From NCBI GenBank assembly GCA_036679605.1, contig JAZDCZ010000324.1:32001-96000 (forward strand): a DNA stretch of 64,000 bases, read 5' to 3'. The notes below the pieces were generated by a model, which was given only the letters and a program-made list of their open reading frames with translations, made no database searches and was not told where the DNA came from. This DNA is from Gemmatimonadota bacterium (GTDB lineage Bacteria > Gemmatimonadota > Gemmatimonadetes > Gemmatimonadales > GWC2-71-9). Below are positions 27,801 through 36,223 of this stretch, piece by piece (positions within the stretch are counted from its first letter, which is position 1; the number at the start of each line of letters is the position of its first letter). The translations under genes and the position numbers were made by a program.

Positions 27801-28103
27801 CTCGGCGCACGGCTCGACAGTCTACAGACTCGGCTCGGCGGCGACCGCGTGCGCCGCCAATTGAACGAGGCGACCGTACCGTCGATCCGTGGCCGAGTGG
27901 GCAGTGTGATCGGAGGACATTGGGACACTAGGCAGCTGCCCACCGCGACACAGCGAAGCAACATCGCGATCGCGCGCGAGGGTTTTGACAGACTACGCAC
28001 GGAGCTGTCGGCTCTGGTAGATACCGATTTGGCAAAGCTCGAGGCGGATCTAGCGGCGGCGGGGGCGCCGTGGACGCCGGGTCAGCGGCTGCCTGCGCGT
28101 TGA
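24816..28103 (+). CDS. VPS10/BNR-repeat glycosyl-hydrolase-like secreted protein
   Basis: RGIGPAVMGGRI; many S.DGG.TW (BNR/Asp-box) repeats; ATFGRGFYVLDD. Confidence 0.9.
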   Translation: MCKLTCKVGFVLLVAFTFPFGAEATAQVLNRDNIAGAVAGLKLRGIGPAVMGGRIADVAVDSHRKSTWYVAAASGGVWKTTNAGITWKQVFGNQPSYSIGTVALDPNNPAVVWVGTGENVSGRHVGWGDGVYKSLDGGASWRRMGLETSQHIGKILIDPREGNVVLVAAEGPLWSSSGERGVYRSTDGGNTWRAVLEIDENTGVTDIEFDPSNPDVVYAAAYQRRRRIWSLLGGGPGSGIYKSTDGGESWRKITKGLPKSEMGKIGLAVTPADPALVYATIQASDEERGFYRSRDNGESWERRNSYISGGTGPHYYQEIEASPTNPDLVYQMDVFLHVTRDGGANFDYLGTGSEKHSDNHALWIDPANGDHMIASTDAGLYDTFDEGTTWRHFPNLPVSQFYKLALSNAEPFYDILGGAQDLGTLFGPARTANVEGVRNRDWYAPMGADGYSVAIDPTDPNTLYLETQVGNLYRYDRASEEALGIQPQSEPGDPPERWNWDSPIVISPHASNRLYFGSQRLWRSDDRGNSWTPVSGDLTRNRNRYELELMGRVWSVDALYENSAMSQYATITTISESPVAEGLLYVGTDDGLIQVSEDGGENWRAADDLPGVPELSFINRVVASQNDAATVFAVADAHKTGDFSPYLFQSRDRGGSWRSISGDLPAGTIVWAVQQDHVDPDLLFVGTEFGLYFTPNMGTNWFKLSGGVPTIAFRDIKLQRRDQDLVGATFGRGFYVLDDYSPLREIAAGALQATTLFPVRDAWWYVPYVPMQARGKPTLGSTDYTAPNPPFGATFTYYLADSTVTERDARRATERALSERGEDVPFPGFDVLRQEVMESAPRVLLMVKDTDGAPVRWVEGSAKQGLHRVSWDLRRPPPDPTNLDQQDFTPPWVSPPQGALVAPGKYSVELVRISSAGVELLGTPHEFQVKPVPTTATGTDFVAVAQFQQETGELMRRVAGAGRELGRVRTRLRLMRAALVETPRADPVLFTRMDQLGARLDSLQTRLGGDRVRRQLNEATVPSIRGRVGSVIGGHWDTRQLPTATQRSNIAIAREGFDRLRTELSALVDTDLAKLEADLAAAGAPWTPGQRLPAR

Positions 28104-28154
28104 GAGGGGGTCGGTGCAGGGAAAGCCCGGCATCACACTGTGAACCCGGGGTCG

Positions 28155-29225
28155 CTACTTCGCTTTCAACTCGGCCAGATACTCCCGGCACTCGATCTCC
28201 TCGAGTGTACGGGACTTGTCCGTCTGGATGACGAAGTCGCCCCACTTGCCGTCAGGGGCGGGCTCGAAGGTGTCGATGTCCTCCACTGGTCGCAGGACAA
28301 CGATCATACGCGAGGTGCCGGGTCGGTAGGTCTCGAGGTGCTCCGGCGTGCCGGTACCGCGCGCAACGTGGAAACCGCCGACCATGTGCAATACGATGGC
28401 GTCCGGCTTCTGCTCCAGGTACTCTGAGATCCAGTACGCCATCGTCGCGTCCCACAACACCTGGCTGTGGAGCTGATTTCCCATGTTGTCGTGTGATCCG
28501 ACGGGGGCCCGGGCCTGCACCGCCTCTTCACCTTCCTCGGGCTCAGGGATCGGCAGGCCGCACTTCATGCCCTCTTCCTGCATCACTTGGGAGATGACCT
28601 GGATCCACTGGTCGCGGTATTCCTTGGAGGGTTGTCCATAGGGCAGGGGTGCCAAGCTTGCCAGGGCCTCGGCACTTAGGTCGTAGAGTGACTCGCGCCC
28701 GTTCCTCGTCACCCGGGTCGTGTACCTCCGCGGTGCGTTCGCCGCGATCACTGCCAACCCGTTCTCCTTCGAGAACTTGATCAGGGAGCGGTAGTCAGTC
28801 TCGTATCGGGGCCAGGGCCGACTGTCGTTTCGAAACGACTTCTCGGTGATCAGGCCGGCTAGATATTCGTCGACGATAGGCTGCACGTCATGTTGAAAGA
28901 ACTCGAGCGATAGCGCCACTGTGCGTGGGGCGCTGTTGTTCGACTCCCGGTGCCCGTAGGCCTCGTACGCCCGCTTGAGCAGCTCTGCCTCGAGCATGTG
29001 GCCGGTCGGGTCGTCATGGGTCTCGCCGACGAACACGACCTGGTGCCGTCCCATCTCGGCGACGATGTCATCGATCGAGGCAGGCTCGCCTGCCCCAGTA
29101 AACACGCGGTATTCGCCCGCAACGTACGCGCTGTCTCCCAATCTCGGGGAAGAGTCCTGCGCGCGCGCCGGCGTGGCGATCAGGACAACGAGCGGCAGGG
29201 CCGCAAGAATCATTTTTCTATCCAT
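28155..29225 (-). CDS. ChaN-family (heme-uptake/Tiki-like) exported protein
   Basis: VVFVGETHDD, LSLEFF, AANAPRR, WDATMA, GGFH. Confidence 0.85.
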   Translation of the reverse strand: MDRKMILAALPLVVLIATPARAQDSSPRLGDSAYVAGEYRVFTGAGEPASIDDIVAEMGRHQVVFVGETHDDPTGHMLEAELLKRAYEAYGHRESNNSAPRTVALSLEFFQHDVQPIVDEYLAGLITEKSFRNDSRPWPRYETDYRSLIKFSKENGLAVIAANAPRRYTTRVTRNGRESLYDLSAEALASLAPLPYGQPSKEYRDQWIQVISQVMQEEGMKCGLPIPEPEEGEEAVQARAPVGSHDNMGNQLHSQVLWDATMAYWISEYLEQKPDAIVLHMVGGFHVARGTGTPEHLETYRPGTSRMIVVLRPVEDIDTFEPAPDGKWGDFVIQTDKSRTLEEIECREYLAELKAK

Positions 29226-29290
29226 GGTATTGATGATATAACGGTGAGAGGCCCGCGGGGAGTCTCGATCCAAACTATCGAGACGATTCA

Positions 29291-30199
29291 CTACGGCAAC
29301 TCCGTCAACCAACGCTGTGCCGCGGGATGCAGTGGAATAGGCGCGCGACCGAGCGCAGTGAGATCGATTTGCCGGGCAATGGCGTTCACCTGGATCAAGT
29401 GATCGCGCCGATCACGCAAGATGTCCAATAGATGCTGCACCACCTCGTCCTCCAATCGCTCGGGCCCCACGATCCAATTCATTACAGCAACTGTTGGGAT
29501 GTCGGTATCGACGCCGCGATAACTTCCCGCCGGAATTGTCCCCGCCATGTAGTACGGATAACGCGCGGCCAATAATCCAACGTGGGAAGAGTCGACAGGC
29601 AGCAGCCGTGCACGGGCGGTTGTGGTGGCCTCGAGTACGGCCGACGCGGGATAACCGACCGATATAATTGCTGCGTCGATCGCGCCGTCGCGCAACGCAT
29701 CGGCAGATTCGCGGAACGATAGGTAACGCACGTCGATGTCGCCGTAAGCGATTCCGTACGCTTCCAGCGCCTGCCGTGATAGCTGCTCGGTGCCGCTGCC
29801 GGCGGAACCAACCGACACTTTGCGCCCGCGTAGGTCACCTGGCGATTGCGCAGTCGAGTTGCGCGGCACGAGTATGTGCGTAACGTTGGGATACAGCGGC
29901 GCCAAGATCCTCAAGTCTCCGCCGTCGTAGCCCTGGTACACTGCGGTAGCCATCGCGAAGCCCAGGTCCATCTCACCGTTCTTGATCCGGTTCACGTTCT
30001 CTACCGACCCCCCGGTAACCTCAGCGGTGTAGCGATGTGTGGAATCGGCAGTCGACATGAGATTTGCGAGTGCGCCGCCTAGCGGATAATAGATTCCGCC
30101 GGTGCCGCCCGTACCGATGCTCAAGAACGAACCGGAACCACCCCCCGCGGAACAACCAGCAAGCACGCAAACCACTGCCAAGCAGAACTGTTTTCTCAA
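29291..30199 (-). CDS. TAXI-family TRAP substrate-binding lipoprotein
   Basis: LAGC lipobox; IGTGGTGGIYYPLG, TGGSVEN, GSAGSGTE. The real start is a TTG overlapping the permease stop. Confidence 0.9.
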   Translation of the reverse strand: MRKQFCLAVVCVLAGCSAGGGSGSFLSIGTGGTGGIYYPLGGALANLMSTADSTHRYTAEVTGGSVENVNRIKNGEMDLGFAMATAVYQGYDGGDLRILAPLYPNVTHILVPRNSTAQSPGDLRGRKVSVGSAGSGTEQLSRQALEAYGIAYGDIDVRYLSFRESADALRDGAIDAAIISVGYPASAVLEATTTARARLLPVDSSHVGLLAARYPYYMAGTIPAGSYRGVDTDIPTVAVMNWIVGPERLEDEVVQHLLDILRDRRDHLIQVNAIARQIDLTALGRAPIPLHPAAQRWLTELP

Positions 30200-32010
30200 C
30201 TCTTCCTCACAATAATGATTGAACCCACTGCCCCGGCCGCAACGTTGCTCAACATTCCGGGCAACATCAATGTCACCCCAACGGCCAGTAGCGCCAGCCG
30301 CTCCCACAGCATGAGCGTCCGGCGTCCGTAACCTATTGTTCCTGCAGCGAGTGCTGTAACTCCCAGTGCTGCAGTGGCTGCGGCACCCAGCACTTGGAGG
30401 AACGATCCGTTCAACAATAGGGGCGGTCCGTAAACGAATGCGAACGGTACGGCGAAACCTCCTGCCGCCAATGCGACTGCGGCCACGGCGGTCTTGATGG
30501 GCGGCGCATCGGCGATACCGGCGGCAGCGTAGGCCGCCAAGGCAACGGGAGGAGTTACGTTGGACAGCGCACCGAAGTAAAAGATGAAAAGATGTGCGGC
30601 CAAGAGAGGCACGCCGAGTTGCGTGAGCGCAGGTGCACCCAATGCTGCCAACACGACGTAGGCAGCGGTGGTGGGCAGACCCATACCGAGTAACACAGAT
30701 CCCATAGCGGTGAGAAGCAATGCAACGGGGAGGTGTCCACCAGAGAGCGTGACGATCACCTGCGACATGCGTAACCCGATGCCGGTCAACGACGCCACGC
30801 CAACCACGATGCCTGCTGCGGCGCACGCCGCCGCGACCTGAACGGTGCCGCTCGCCGCGGTCACGACTGCGGCACGAGTCTTGGACCAATCGAGTCGGGT
30901 GGATTTTGCAACCAGCGTCATCGCTGCAGCCGAGATGACTCCCCAGAACGCAGCGCGCATGGGAGAGCGACCCAGTCCCAAGAACAATACGATCACGGCG
31001 AGCGGGAGCAGCAAGTGAAGTCGCGAAAGTGTTGCGGTCGCCTCGGTAGGCGCTACCGCAACGTTCATCTTGCGGGCGCGCAGGTGAATCGCCATGAATA
31101 GCGCCACGTAGTAGAGTAGCGCGGGGATAGCAGCTGCAAGCGCGACCCGCGCGTAGGGGATGTTGGTCCAGGTCGCGAGGATGAACGCTCCGGCGCCCAT
31201 TACGGGCGGCATCAACTGTCCTCCGGTGCTGGCCGCAGCCTCGATGGCCGCTGCAAAGTGTGGTTTGAATCCCGTTCGCTTCATCACCGGAATTGTGATG
31301 GTGCCGGTCGTAACGACATTGGCTACTGCACTCCCTGACAGCGATCCCATGAGTGCACTGGCCACCGACGCGGTCTTGGCGGGTCCGCCGGCGCTGGACC
31401 CGGCGATCTTGGCCGACAGTCCTATCAGCAACTTGCCGCCGCCTGCTGCGTCGAGAACCGCGCCGAACAGCACGAAGAGATATACGAAGTCGGCGGAGAC
31501 ACCGAGTGGCACACCCCAAATACCTTCGGTGGAGAGATAGAGATGCTCGATGAGACGGCGGGCTCCATAGCCGCGGTGTGCAAGGAGCCCTGGGAGGTAC
31601 GGTCCAGCGAACGCGTAGCAGATCGCAAGCAGCGCAACGCTGAGGAGGCCCCACCCTGCCGTTCGCCGAGCGAGGTCCAGCGTCACGACCACGGCGAGCG
31701 TACCCATGAGGAGATCCAATGGCGTGGACGCTCCCGACCTGCGGACCAGTTCACCGTGCTCGATCACGATATAGCACGCAGCTACGAGTGCGGCGGCAAT
31801 AAAAAGTGTGGAGATTGCCGTCGACAGACCATCGAAGGTCCGGCGCCGGCGAACGCCCACACCGAGGTAGGCGAGAACGGCCATGAGCGCCCAGTGCACC
31901 GGCCGCTGTACCAACGCCGTGAATGGAGAGATGCCGGCGGCATACAGATGGAATACCGCCGCTGCCAGCGCTACGGCAGTAACCAGTGCACGGATCCGAT
32001 CTCCTTTCAA
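30196..32010 (-). CDS. TRAP transporter 4TM/12TM fused permease
   Basis: GGPAK, GSAVANV, ASTGGQLMPPVMGA, GMGLPTTAAY, VTPPVALAA. Confidence 0.93.
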   Translation of the reverse strand: MKGDRIRALVTAVALAAAVFHLYAAGISPFTALVQRPVHWALMAVLAYLGVGVRRRRTFDGLSTAISTLFIAAALVAACYIVIEHGELVRRSGASTPLDLLMGTLAVVVTLDLARRTAGWGLLSVALLAICYAFAGPYLPGLLAHRGYGARRLIEHLYLSTEGIWGVPLGVSADFVYLFVLFGAVLDAAGGGKLLIGLSAKIAGSSAGGPAKTASVASALMGSLSGSAVANVVTTGTITIPVMKRTGFKPHFAAAIEAAASTGGQLMPPVMGAGAFILATWTNIPYARVALAAAIPALLYYVALFMAIHLRARKMNVAVAPTEATATLSRLHLLLPLAVIVLFLGLGRSPMRAAFWGVISAAAMTLVAKSTRLDWSKTRAAVVTAASGTVQVAAACAAAGIVVGVASLTGIGLRMSQVIVTLSGGHLPVALLLTAMGSVLLGMGLPTTAAYVVLAALGAPALTQLGVPLLAAHLFIFYFGALSNVTPPVALAAYAAAGIADAPPIKTAVAAVALAAGGFAVPFAFVYGPPLLLNGSFLQVLGAAATAALGVTALAAGTIGYGRRTLMLWERLALLAVGVTLMLPGMLSNVAAGAVGSIIIVRKS

Positions 32011-32094
32011 GGAGCTTCCGCGCAGCGGCCGAGCCCGCGTTTCAACGCGGGAATACCAACCGCGATGTGAAGCGATTGATCGAGGTGCCAGTTA

Positions 32095-32484
32095 CTAGGA
32101 CTTGGACACCTCGCTCATCAGCGCTAGTAGGTTGTCCTCCGTGTCTCTGAAGAAAGCGATCCATAGATCGTGGTTCTCGGCCTTGTGGACAAGCGCCGGT
32201 TCATGCTCGAAGGTCACCCCCTTAGCGCTTAGGGCACTGCAGGTCGCGTGGATATCGTCGACTCTGTAATAGATGATGGACGCCGGGTGATCGAACTCCG
32301 GTTTGTCGGGCAGTCCGAGCAAGAGTCTTACGTCACCACAGATGAAGAATGCCATGTTGGGGGGAGCTTGGAACAGAAAGTTCATGCCAAGCACGTCACG
32401 ATAGAACGTGATTGCGCGCTCGAGGTCATGTACGTTGATGGCTATCTGACCGATGCGGGAATTTCCGAGACCTGTGTTCTCCAT
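32095..32484 (-). CDS. VOC/glyoxalase-family protein
   Basis: IGQIAINVHDLERAITFYRDVLG...FFRDTEDNLLALM. Confidence 0.9.
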   Translation of the reverse strand: MENTGLGNSRIGQIAINVHDLERAITFYRDVLGMNFLFQAPPNMAFFICGDVRLLLGLPDKPEFDHPASIIYYRVDDIHATCSALSAKGVTFEHEPALVHKAENHDLWIAFFRDTEDNLLALMSEVSKS

Positions 32485-32615
32485 TATGCGTTCCTCTGCT
32501 GATCTGCTGGACTGGACGATACCTCGAAGGACGAGACTTCAGGACGGACGGCCTTCAAGCGAACCGAGGATGCCAATGACGAAAGGGCTCAGAGAATCCC
32601 CGCCACGCCAAACTA

Positions 32616-32813
32616 CTACATGCCCTTGGTCACTCCGTCCACAACAACCTTCATCACACGGTCACGGGCCGTGTCCACATCCTGCTGCAGTGAGACCTTG
32701 GTTCCGAGCAATTTCTTGTGCTCGCGACGCACTATGGCGTCTTCAAGATCTTTTAATGCTCCCCGCAACTGCTGTTGGAATTCGAGTCCTTTGCTGATTG
32801 GTGGCTCGGCCAC
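32616..32813 (-). CDS. Small helical hypothetical protein
   Basis: GGAG RBS then GTG; amphipathic coiled-coil-like sequence. Confidence 0.5.
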   Translation of the reverse strand: MAEPPISKGLEFQQQLRGALKDLEDAIVRREHKKLLGTKVSLQQDVDTARDRVMKVVVDGVTKGM

Positions 32814-33096
32814 AAACACCTCCGTGTTCTTCTGAGTTAACCAGTGAATCCTTCCAGTTCCACCACTTGAGCAGTTCCTTTTCAGGTGCCTCTTGCTCCG
32901 CATAGTAAACGGCACAGCGGAACACGTACAGCACGCACCGGTCTATGTGAGATCGCCGCAGTCTGCAGAGTTCGTCGTACATGTGTTCGGCACTCTGGCC
33001 TCGGAGATCCGCGACGCAGCTGAAACCCAGGTCGATCAGGCAAGTGGCAATACTGGGACCGACGCCCGGAATCGTCTTGAGGTCTGCACTAATCAC
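32743..33096 (-). CDS. Helix-hairpin-helix 'pathogenicity locus' (Cdd1-like) protein
   Basis: LKTIPGVGPSIA...DRCVLYVFRCAVYYA...WWNWKD. Confidence 0.8.
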   Translation of the reverse strand: MISADLKTIPGVGPSIATCLIDLGFSCVADLRGQSAEHMYDELCRLRRSHIDRCVLYVFRCAVYYAEQEAPEKELLKWWNWKDSLVNSEEHGGVCGRATNQQRTRIPTAVAGSIKRS

Positions 33097-33107
33097 GTGA
33101 CTTCCTC

Positions 33108-33716
33108 CTATCTTATTTCCGGCCCACCTTTTCTGTTATCTGGCACGAATCGGTTCCGCGCGGGCATCACGACATTGGGTAACGTCTCTGCGTTCATTAC
33201 GGCGTCCTCGGGAATGATCTCATTGCGGACCAGTAGAAACGCTACGAGGCCATAGACCTCGTTCGCGCTCAAAGAACCCGGCGAGCCGAATGGCATGGCA
33301 CGACGAGTATAATCGAATAACGTCGTGGCGTAAGGCCAATAGTTACCGACGGTCATTACGTAACCGAAGCCATTCGCAAAGGGGAATCCCTCCCTCGGGT
33401 TCCTCCCGACGAGACGGGTGGACGGTCCCTCAACGCCACTGGCGCCATGGCACGCCGCGCACTTCGCGGCATAGACAGCCGCGCCCTGTGCTGCCGTGCC
33501 GCTACCCTCTGGAAGGCCGGTGCCGTCGGGCATAATGTCTATGTCCAGTGCAGCGATCTCCTGAGAAGTTGCTGGGCGACCGAACCCAAAGCGAGTGGGG
33601 ATCTGTTCTGATTGGTGTCCAGCTGATCCGATCGTTGCCAGGCGCTCGCCGCTGCATGCCCAGCCCGCTGCAAGCGCGCACATGACCGCGATTCCGTGTT
33701 TCCACTTTGTGCTCAC
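33108..33716 (-). CDS. soxD: SoxD-like monoheme cytochrome c
   Basis: DGTGLPEGSGT, CAACH, TVGNYWPYATTLFDY.RRAMP. Confidence 0.85.
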   Translation of the reverse strand: MSTKWKHGIAVMCALAAGWACSGERLATIGSAGHQSEQIPTRFGFGRPATSQEIAALDIDIMPDGTGLPEGSGTAAQGAAVYAAKCAACHGASGVEGPSTRLVGRNPREGFPFANGFGYVMTVGNYWPYATTLFDYTRRAMPFGSPGSLSANEVYGLVAFLLVRNEIIPEDAVMNAETLPNVVMPARNRFVPDNRKGGPEIR

Positions 33717-33724
33717 GTCATCAC

Positions 33725-34984
33725 CTAGTCTTCCAGCCCGAATGTAACGATTCCGTCACTCTGCACTCGCCACGCCCGAATGTTGTTAAAATGGTAGTGG
33801 GTTGCCACACCACGCGCCTCCCTCAACTGCTCCAGTGTAGGCTGCACGTAACCCGTCTCATCGACGGCGCGGCTCATTAGCAAGGAATCTTCTCCTTGCC
33901 AATTCCATGGCAGTCGAAAGCGCGTGTGACACCTAGGTAGTACAGGTTGTTCAAGCTTCGCTTCTTGCCAGCTCTTGCCTCCGTCGGTGCTAATATCGAC
34001 ACGAGTGATCTTGCCGCGGCCGGTCCACGCGACCCCTGTAATCTCCCAGTATCCGTGCTCGGCCAGTCGATTGGGATATGCAGGAAACGTGATGATCGAC
34101 TTTGCGTCCATCACGAAACTGAATTGGCGTGCGGTGCCGTCCCGAAGAGGATCTGTGTACTTGGATGTCTCTTCGCGGGTCATGAAGGGCCTGTCGGATA
34201 GCTCGATTCGCCTTATCCATTTGACATTGCTGTTTCCTTCCCAGCCGGGCAGAAACAGCCGTGCCGGATAACCTTGCTCGGGTCTAATGGCTTCACCGTT
34301 CTGACCGTAAGCGATCAAGGCATCGTCTAGAGCCTTGTGCATCGGAATGCTCCGCGTCATCACGGCGGCGTCCGATCCTTCGGCAAGAAACCAAGTCGCA
34401 TCGGAGCTGGCGCCCACCTCCCGGAACAGCGTGGCGAGTGGAACACCGGTCCATTCACTTGTGCTGGTCAGGCCGTCAATCTGTTGTGGCGTTCGTTGTG
34501 GACGGAGCCCTCTGTAGGCGCCGCCTCCGTTGCCGGAGCATTCCAAGAAGTAGACCTGGGATCGTGCCGGAAACCGCTTGAGATCGGCTAGCGTGAATAC
34601 CATCGGTCTCGTAACCATCCCGTGGATCAAGAGTGAATAACCAGCTGGATCGATCTGCGGGACTCCGGCGTGATGGCGCTCGAAGTGTAGGTCCGATGGT
34701 GTCATGATGCCCTGGAGATCCTGAAGGGGGGCGAGCGATCCTTGGGGTGGGTTGCCGTAGGTCATCCGCTGTGGTGCTTCGCTTTGAGCACGTTCTCCAA
34801 CTGAGCGCGCCGGGTGTCCCTGCACCTTTGTCGTGTCCTGGGATCGCTGTGCCGCGGTCACTACAGGGCTCCCGTCCCGCGTCTCGGGAATGATGGCGGC
34901 ACCGAGTGTACCCGCCGCTCCGGCCAAAAGGGTACGCCGGCTGATCCCGGGTTTCTTCTTGGGTGGCTGTTTGCGCAAAGACAT
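33725..34984 (-). CDS. soxC: SoxC-like sulfite dehydrogenase molybdoprotein
   Basis: Tat signal SRRTLL; HFERHH, LECSGNG, EQGYPARL..PGWEG..NVKW. Confidence 0.9.
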   Translation of the reverse strand: MSLRKQPPKKKPGISRRTLLAGAAGTLGAAIIPETRDGSPVVTAAQRSQDTTKVQGHPARSVGERAQSEAPQRMTYGNPPQGSLAPLQDLQGIMTPSDLHFERHHAGVPQIDPAGYSLLIHGMVTRPMVFTLADLKRFPARSQVYFLECSGNGGGAYRGLRPQRTPQQIDGLTSTSEWTGVPLATLFREVGASSDATWFLAEGSDAAVMTRSIPMHKALDDALIAYGQNGEAIRPEQGYPARLFLPGWEGNSNVKWIRRIELSDRPFMTREETSKYTDPLRDGTARQFSFVMDAKSIITFPAYPNRLAEHGYWEITGVAWTGRGKITRVDISTDGGKSWQEAKLEQPVLPRCHTRFRLPWNWQGEDSLLMSRAVDETGYVQPTLEQLREARGVATHYHFNNIRAWRVQSDGIVTFGLED

Positions 34985-34997
34985 ATTGGGCTCGCTC

Positions 34998-36113
34998 CTA
35001 AAACATTCTGATCTTGGTGATTCTTCCTTTAGGTCCCACCGCCCAACCCGACTCAGGAGTTGCGAACGCCACACTCCAATAATCAAGCGTATCCAGAGTT
35101 ACCCAACTCGATCCATTGTCGATAGAGTAATCCAAACCGCCCGGACCTACAGCTACTACAGTGGGAATAGGCGCACCAGGCACGGCAGCGATGCCATAGA
35201 TAGCGCCAGGTAGTTGCGGATGCGAGACCAATCGCCAAGTGTGCCCGCCGTCGATTGTGATGGCCACGTTTTCACTGTATTCGCCTGGTTTGGAAATCTC
35301 ACCGCCAGCCACCATACCGTTCAGATCGTCGCGGAACAGTAACGAAGTTATGCCAGAAGCGTCTCCGCTGACGATGGGTGTGTCCTGCGCAGACCATGTC
35401 TGCCCCTGGTCCGTCGTCTGGAGAACGCGGGCGATCTCACTTGCCCCAGTTCCGAGCCAGGCCGTGCTGTCACCGACCGTAGTCACGCATGTACCACTTG
35501 CGGCGAACCCACCTTCACCGGGAAGCGCAGCTGGAACATTCTTTGAGGGTACCCTATGCCATGTAGTTCCGTCAGATGTGGTGATGATTATGAACTGGCC
35601 GTCGACAGCGTCGCTGAACGCCACCCCGTGTTCGGAGTCCCAAAACGCCATACAGTCAAAAAACGCCTTGGGCTCGGTGTTTTGGAACTGGAGCGCCCAC
35701 GTGCGACCGCCATCGCTCGTCTTGTAAATGCGAGACAGGTCTCCTGAGCCCGCGCTCAATAGGTAGGCGGTACTGGAGTCAACAGCGTGAACGTCTCGGA
35801 ACTGAAGTGAATCGGTGCCAGGCACCACTGAAATCTCCCAGGTCGAGCCGCCATTCGTCGTGCGCGCATAGGTCCCTGATACGCCGCTGGCCCACACCAC
35901 GGATTGATCGACTGGGCTAACAGCTTGGAACCGAATAGACGTACCGGTCGTTTGTTGCGAGAGGACTGGATGGGGGCGAGGCGGATTGACTTCGTTCACG
36001 CATGCACCGAGACCGCATGCTGCGCAAATCATCCCCACTTGCAAGAGTCTCTGCACGTAGTTACAAGGGGCCGAATAAAAACCGTGAGTGGGGTTCAACA
36101 CGCTTACTTGCAC
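34998..36113 (-). CDS. BNR/YCF48-like beta-propeller protein
   Basis: Repeated T.DGG.TW; FFDCMAFWD; GEGGFAASGT. Confidence 0.85.
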   Translation of the reverse strand: MQVSVLNPTHGFYSAPCNYVQRLLQVGMICAACGLGACVNEVNPPRPHPVLSQQTTGTSIRFQAVSPVDQSVVWASGVSGTYARTTNGGSTWEISVVPGTDSLQFRDVHAVDSSTAYLLSAGSGDLSRIYKTSDGGRTWALQFQNTEPKAFFDCMAFWDSEHGVAFSDAVDGQFIIITTSDGTTWHRVPSKNVPAALPGEGGFAASGTCVTTVGDSTAWLGTGASEIARVLQTTDQGQTWSAQDTPIVSGDASGITSLLFRDDLNGMVAGGEISKPGEYSENVAITIDGGHTWRLVSHPQLPGAIYGIAAVPGAPIPTVVAVGPGGLDYSIDNGSSWVTLDTLDYWSVAFATPESGWAVGPKGRITKIRMF

Positions 36114-36223
36114 AAACGTTCTCTCTGGCCCACGGTGGCCGATAAGGGTTTATTCCAGTTGGCAGGATCTATGATCAGGCCGAAGGGTAATAAAAAAACT
36201 ACGCTCGAAAACGTAGTAAATCT

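Noticed and set aside
29291..31654. 787-aa ORF in the track
   Set aside because: Only the last ~300 aa are the TAXI protein; the rest is an alternative frame overlapping the TRAP permease.
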